64,000 nucleotides of DNA from NCBI GenBank assembly GCA_965140445.1, contig OZ223236.1:2496001-2560000 (forward strand), read 5' to 3'. This DNA is from Candidatus Ozemobacteraceae bacterium (lineage in GTDB: Bacteria > Muiribacteriota > Ozemobacteria > Ozemobacterales > Ozemobacteraceae). How positions within the stretch are numbered: the first letter of the stretch is position 1; each line of letters opens with the position of its first letter. The notes under the pieces were generated by a model. The model saw only the letters and a list, made by a program, of their open reading frames with translations. It was not told the DNA's origin and made no database searches. Below are positions 59,795-64,000 of the stretch, piece by piece. Made by a program: the position numbers and the translations under genes.

Positions 59795-61782
59795 TAGTAG
59801 ATACAAGAGGTACTTTAACAAAACAAGAGCTAGAACAACTAAAACCGCGCGAGAAAATTAGTTTTTGGGATTGGTTGCCAAAGTATTTTAGACTAACAAA
59901 AAAGACAAGCGCTATAGCCGGGCTCTACTCTACAGAACTAGTTCCATACTTGAAACCGATCGCTGATTTTCTTGATACTAGAAACAGAAAAATCAAACTA
60001 GTTGTAGCGCCAAAGGCTACACAGATCGGCTTTACAGAGTTCGCTATAGCTTTTTTATTATATAGACAGCTTTCAGCCGGTTCAGCTCCGCAATTGTTTG
60101 TATTAGCAGACGAAGCGACAAGTATATATGTGAATGAGCAACGCGTTCAATCAGCTATTGAGTCGTGCTCTGCGTTTCAAAATGTAACGATAAAAAGCAC
60201 ACAAGAGCAAATCAAGTTCAGCAATGGATCAAACATTTTTTTTGGACACGCTTCAAGCACTGCAAATCTAGCTAGTAAATCTGTTAGAGATTTAGTATTA
60301 GACGAACTAACAAAACCGGGCTGGAGCTTGAAAACGGCAGAAGGCGACACGCTAGAACTAGCAAAACTCAGAACAACAAGCTATCCGCACAACAAAAAAA
60401 TCTTTGCTTTTTCAACTGTAACAGAAGAAGGAGACAATTTAGACAGACTTTCAGAGCAGTTTGACGTCAAACATCATTTACAAGCTCAGTGTCAATCTTG
60501 CAAACAGTGGCAAAAACTATTTTTTTTTAAAGGCAACAAGTTTAAAACAGAAGACGGACGAGAAATAGAGGGCGGCTACGTTTGGTTTGACGAAACTTTA
60601 AAAACAAAAGCAGCTAGAGCTAAAAGTGCTCGTTATGTTTGCGCGCACTGCGGCGAACTCTGGACGAACTCGCAGAAAAACAAAGCTATTGCAAATATGC
60701 GAGCAATAGCGGACGCAGACGACTCTGAACTAGAAGAAGTATTTATAGACAGAGCATGGCGAATTCATAGCCCGCGCCAGATCGGCGACTTGTCAGAGCT
60801 AGTAAAAGGTTTTCTTGATTCTAAAGACGATTATAAAAAATATAAGGCATGGTTTAATGCTGCTCTAGCTGAGCATTGGAAAGAGCCGGTGGAAAAAATT
60901 GACGTCAAACTGTTTGAAAATTGTCAGATTGACAAACCGTTGGGTCATGTACCGCATGACACAAAAGCGCTGATCATGGGAGTCGATACACAAAAAAGAG
61001 GCTGGTGGTACACAGTGCGCGCTATTACTGACTATGACAGTTTTAAGGTTGAACATGGATTCATTGAGACTGAAGAACAGCTAACAGAGATTATTTTTAG
61101 AAAAACTTGGCAGAGCGAAGACGGGCGTTTTTTTCCGATTTATAGAGTCGGAATTGACACAGGCGGAGAGCGCAAAGAGCTCGATTCAAGCTCTGAAATT
61201 CAATCTGATTTTGAAGGCGTTGACGAGATTACGTCAACGAAATGGGCATATAAATACTATTTGAAAAACAGAGGCAGAGGCGTCCAGATATTCTTAACAA
61301 AAGGCAGCTCAAAAGATTTGCCAACTCTCACGCGTTTCAGTAAGCCGCTTATGAAATTTCCGAATGGAAAGCCGATCAGGAACGGGTTACAGATACTATT
61401 TATCGACACTAACAAAGCAAAAGATAATTTTTTTTGGAGAATTTGGCAAACAGGGCAAGAAAATCCGATCGAGCCAGCCTGGGTTTCTCGCGAAGTTAAA
61501 GAAAATGCAGAGTATTTTCAACATTTACAAGCAGAAGAAAAACGCAAGAACAAAAAAGGAGTGGCGCGCTGGACAGCTATAAAAGCTAGAAACGATCTGC
61601 TAGACACTGAATGTATTATTCTCGCTATTTCTAGTCGAGAAGTTGGTAGCGTTCAGTTATTGAAAAAAGCTTTTACTTGTAGTCAGAATCGAGACAGCTC
61701 TGAAAAACTTAAAAAAACTAAAAAAGTTGTAAAAAAACAACAAAAAAATAAAAGCCCTTTTAGCGGCGGCAGCTTGTTTTAA
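59791..61782 (+). CDS. Terminase large subunit (lambda GpA family)
   Basis: KATQIGFTE Walker A; LVLDE Walker B; CxxC pairs; GVDTQ, IDTGG and NDLLD nuclease motifs. Confidence 0.93.
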   Translation: MIVDTRGTLTKQELEQLKPREKISFWDWLPKYFRLTKKTSAIAGLYSTELVPYLKPIADFLDTRNRKIKLVVAPKATQIGFTEFAIAFLLYRQLSAGSAPQLFVLADEATSIYVNEQRVQSAIESCSAFQNVTIKSTQEQIKFSNGSNIFFGHASSTANLASKSVRDLVLDELTKPGWSLKTAEGDTLELAKLRTTSYPHNKKIFAFSTVTEEGDNLDRLSEQFDVKHHLQAQCQSCKQWQKLFFFKGNKFKTEDGREIEGGYVWFDETLKTKAARAKSARYVCAHCGELWTNSQKNKAIANMRAIADADDSELEEVFIDRAWRIHSPRQIGDLSELVKGFLDSKDDYKKYKAWFNAALAEHWKEPVEKIDVKLFENCQIDKPLGHVPHDTKALIMGVDTQKRGWWYTVRAITDYDSFKVEHGFIETEEQLTEIIFRKTWQSEDGRFFPIYRVGIDTGGERKELDSSSEIQSDFEGVDEITSTKWAYKYYLKNRGRGVQIFLTKGSSKDLPTLTRFSKPLMKFPNGKPIRNGLQILFIDTNKAKDNFFWRIWQTGQENPIEPAWVSREVKENAEYFQHLQAEEKRKNKKGVARWTAIKARNDLLDTECIILAISSREVGSVQLLKKAFTCSQNRDSSEKLKKTKKVVKKQQKNKSPFSGGSLF

Positions 61783-61794
61783 AGGAGAGTCACA

Positions 61795-62001
61795 ATGAGA
61801 GTTATTAATTATACATGTTTGAAATGCCCCGACTGCGGACATTGGAAAATCAAAACAACTTTGACACGTTTTCACGAAATCTATAGACAAATTTTAAGAT
61901 GGCACAAGTGTCAATACTGTTCTTTGAAATTCAGAACAGTGCAAGAGCTCGAAGACGGGCAAGACTATCCGCCGATTTCAGCAACAGAACAACTGTTATA
62001 G
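61795..62001 (+). CDS. Small C4 zinc-finger protein (Ogr/NrdR-N-like)
   Basis: CPDCGH...RWHKCQYCSLKFRT; AGGAG RBS. Confidence 0.75.
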   Translation: MRVINYTCLKCPDCGHWKIKTTLTRFHEIYRQILRWHKCQYCSLKFRTVQELEDGQDYPPISATEQLL

Positions 62002-62020
62002 CTTAATTATTAATATCGAG

Positions 62021-62046
62021 AAAGCCTCTAAAAAAGAGGCTTTTTT
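62021..62046 (+). terminator. Intrinsic terminator
   Basis: AAAGCCTCT/AGAGGCTTT followed by a T run. Confidence 0.8.
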
Positions 62047-62267
62047 CTTGTCAAGCATTTAACGCAAATTAATAGACTACAATATAGTCTATACAAGCTA
62101 TTGATCACTTGTTTAGATGTAGCTAATACGTATAATATATACAGAGAGAGTTTTTTAACACTCTCAAGAGGGCTGCTCAGTCAGCATTTTTTAAAAGTCC
62201 AATAATTTGGCATGGGGAAACACAGAGGCACAGAGCCTTATCCAACTTTTTTTTGGAGTGAATTTCT

Positions 62268-62498
62268 ATGTCAACAATTTCAAAAATTGCAGAGCTCGAA
62301 TCTGATTTAGCATTTATCAAAGATTGCATCAAGAAAGCAATGGCTGTTCAGAGCTATTCTACGGGCTCTACAAGCGTGTCAGCGGGAAATCTTGCGACGT
62401 TACTAGCTGAAAAAAAAGAAATTGAAGGACGTCTAGCTCGTCTCAAGGGCGGCAGAGGCTCTATTTGTCGTGTACCAAAATTTGAGGACACGTATTAA
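62268..62498 (+). CDS. gpW-like head-tail joining protein
   Basis: 76 aa directly before the portal; QSYSTGSTSV...NLATLLAEKKEIE. Confidence 0.7.
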   Translation: MSTISKIAELESDLAFIKDCIKKAMAVQSYSTGSTSVSAGNLATLLAEKKEIEGRLARLKGGRGSICRVPKFEDTY

Positions 62499-64000
62499 TG
62501 CTAGATTCAGTTAAACAATTTTTTAGAAATTTAATAAGTCCAGTCTCTAAGAAGCTGGATAATAAAAAGCGCTCGACAAAAAAAGCATACACAGCAGCAA
62601 GCTTTAACGGCTCTAACTATAATCCTCAAGACTTCAGCGGCGATGCAGCTATTTTGAGCTGTCAAGATGACATTAGAGCAAAAACACGCGATTTAGCTCG
62701 AAACAATCCGTACGTTGCGGGAGTTATTCAAAAAAATACAATTGCAATCGTCGGATCAGATTTACAGCCTCAATTCCAGTTCGTTACAGAAAACGGCGAG
62801 TTAAACGAATCACTAAACACTTTATTAGAGCTTAGATTCAATGCATGGAAACAGAGCGCAATGCTCGATGGTAGCTCCTTTACTGATTTAGCGACGATCG
62901 TAGCTAATACATTAATGCAAGACGGTGAGATTTTGCAGTATCACACAACAAAGAAAGTCAGCCCTGGCTCAAATCCGCTTCGAATCCAGCTATTTGAAAA
63001 TGATTATTTAGTTAAAACTCAGTATCAAACTCGCCAAGGTATTAAATTTAATAATTACGGTGCGCCTGAAAGTTTTTTTCTTTATGAGTGCAATCCCAAT
63101 GATTCTATAGACGACTTGAGCTTTATACAACACTACAACAGATCAGCTGTAAGAGAAATCAGCGCTGATTATATGCGTTTGATCCGCTTCAGAAGCCGCT
63201 CTAGTCAGTACAGAGGTATTAGTCCGATTGCGACTATTGCAGCTCAAATTCATGCTGTAAATGAAATGCTAAACGCTGAGCTAGCTTGCATTAGAGCCAG
63301 TCAGATTTTTTCAGTATTAGTAAAAAGCAACAATCCGACCGATTTAGCTGACGGACTACTAACTGAATCACAGACAGAAGACACAGAGAGAGTCGAGCAT
63401 GATTTTTTAGGAGCTCCAGGGAGTTTTCTATATCTGAATAACTCTGAAACAGTCGAGCAAGTAAAAAACGACAGACCGAATTCAAATTTTAAAGCGTTCA
63501 ATGAAATGATGTTCAGAGGCGCTAGCTCAGGTTTGAACGTACCTTACAGCTCATTAAGTTCAGACTTGAGCACAGGTAGCTATAGTTCGCTAAGAATCGG
63601 TCATTTAGAGCATTCAGCTAGTGTAAAAGTTCAGCAAACATCTATTGAAAAGCAATCTTTGCGTCCAATCGTTCAAGACTGGCTAAAATACGAGGTTTTG
63701 TTTGTCGGTGTTCCAGGGCTTTCTTATCAAGATTTAGTCAAAAAACCGGAAACTTTAGAGCGTTTCAAAATTCCGTTTAAGTCAAAAGCCTGGATTGATC
63801 CAGCTAAAGCGCTTACTGCTCTTCAAAAAGAAATTGATTTAGGGCTGAAAACTAGATCAGAAGCGGCAGCAGAGATTTATGGATCAGATTGGGACAGCAA
63901 CATTAAAAAACTCGCTGAAGAAAAACAAAAAATGGAAAATCTCGGAATTATTTCAAAAAGCCCAGCCCGGGCTAACGCTAGCAGAATGCTCGATTCAATC
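62498..64000 (+). CDS. Lambda-family portal protein, 3' end beyond the window (absent from the ORF track)
   Basis: TAATG coupling; RAKTRDLARNNPY, DGE, YSSLR and WIDPAK; start and WIDP checked to be in the same frame. Confidence 0.92.
   Translation, partial: MLDSVKQFFRNLISPVSKKLDNKKRSTKKAYTAASFNGSNYNPQDFSGDAAILSCQDDIRAKTRDLARNNPYVAGVIQKNTIAIVGSDLQPQFQFVTENGELNESLNTLLELRFNAWKQSAMLDGSSFTDLATIVANTLMQDGEILQYHTTKKVSPGSNPLRIQLFENDYLVKTQYQTRQGIKFNNYGAPESFFLYECNPNDSIDDLSFIQHYNRSAVREISADYMRLIRFRSRSSQYRGISPIATIAAQIHAVNEMLNAELACIRASQIFSVLVKSNNPTDLADGLLTESQTEDTERVEHDFLGAPGSFLYLNNSETVEQVKNDRPNSNFKAFNEMMFRGASSGLNVPYSSLSSDLSTGSYSSLRIGHLEHSASVKVQQTSIEKQSLRPIVQDWLKYEVLFVGVPGLSYQDLVKKPETLERFKIPFKSKAWIDPAKALTALQKEIDLGLKTRSEAAAEIYGSDWDSNIKKLAEEKQKMENLGIISKSPARANASRMLDSI

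Larger units (their letters stand above)
53548..64000 (+). mobile_element. Prophage with serine integrase and lambda-like packaging/head genes; left end in radC, right end beyond the window
   Basis: Truncated radC immediately followed by a large serine recombinase, then terS/terL/gpW/portal; visibly more A-rich plus strand with frequent CTAG/AGCT. Confidence 0.92.

Noticed and set aside
62200..62245. c-di-GMP-I riboswitch-like GGGAAAC...GCACAGAGCC
   Set aside because: The required paired stems could not be built by eye; an Rfam covariance search would settle it.
53624..64000. Alternative genetic code in the prophage
   Set aside because: Integrase, terminase and portal read as full-length ORFs in the standard code.

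Overview
Bases 1-~53550 are low-GC bacterial core chromosome. It carries PBP1A, hfq, dusB, a der-plsY-gpsA-...-lepA operon, rnpB, dnaG-rpoD-tRNAs, clpX, pckA, two minor-pilin-like cassettes and several signalling genes. The gene content suggests an uncultured lineage such as Ca. Riflebacteria, but that is a low-confidence impression. At ~53548 radC is cut just before its HNHPSG motif by a large-serine-recombinase prophage that runs off the window end (terS, lambda GpA-type terL, gpW-like, lambda-family portal). The best candidate for a new system lies in the prophage's mostly non-coding early region. It contains a chromosome-type oriC module: two overlapping DnaA boxes, a GC-rich spacer, DnaA-trios and two further perfect DnaA boxes. 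No phage initiator, helicase or primase gene lies between the integrase and the terminase. This suggests a phage that may replicate from a host-DnaA-fired mimic origin, surrounded by repeated operator- and promoter-like motifs. All calls come from reading the sequence; no searches were run.
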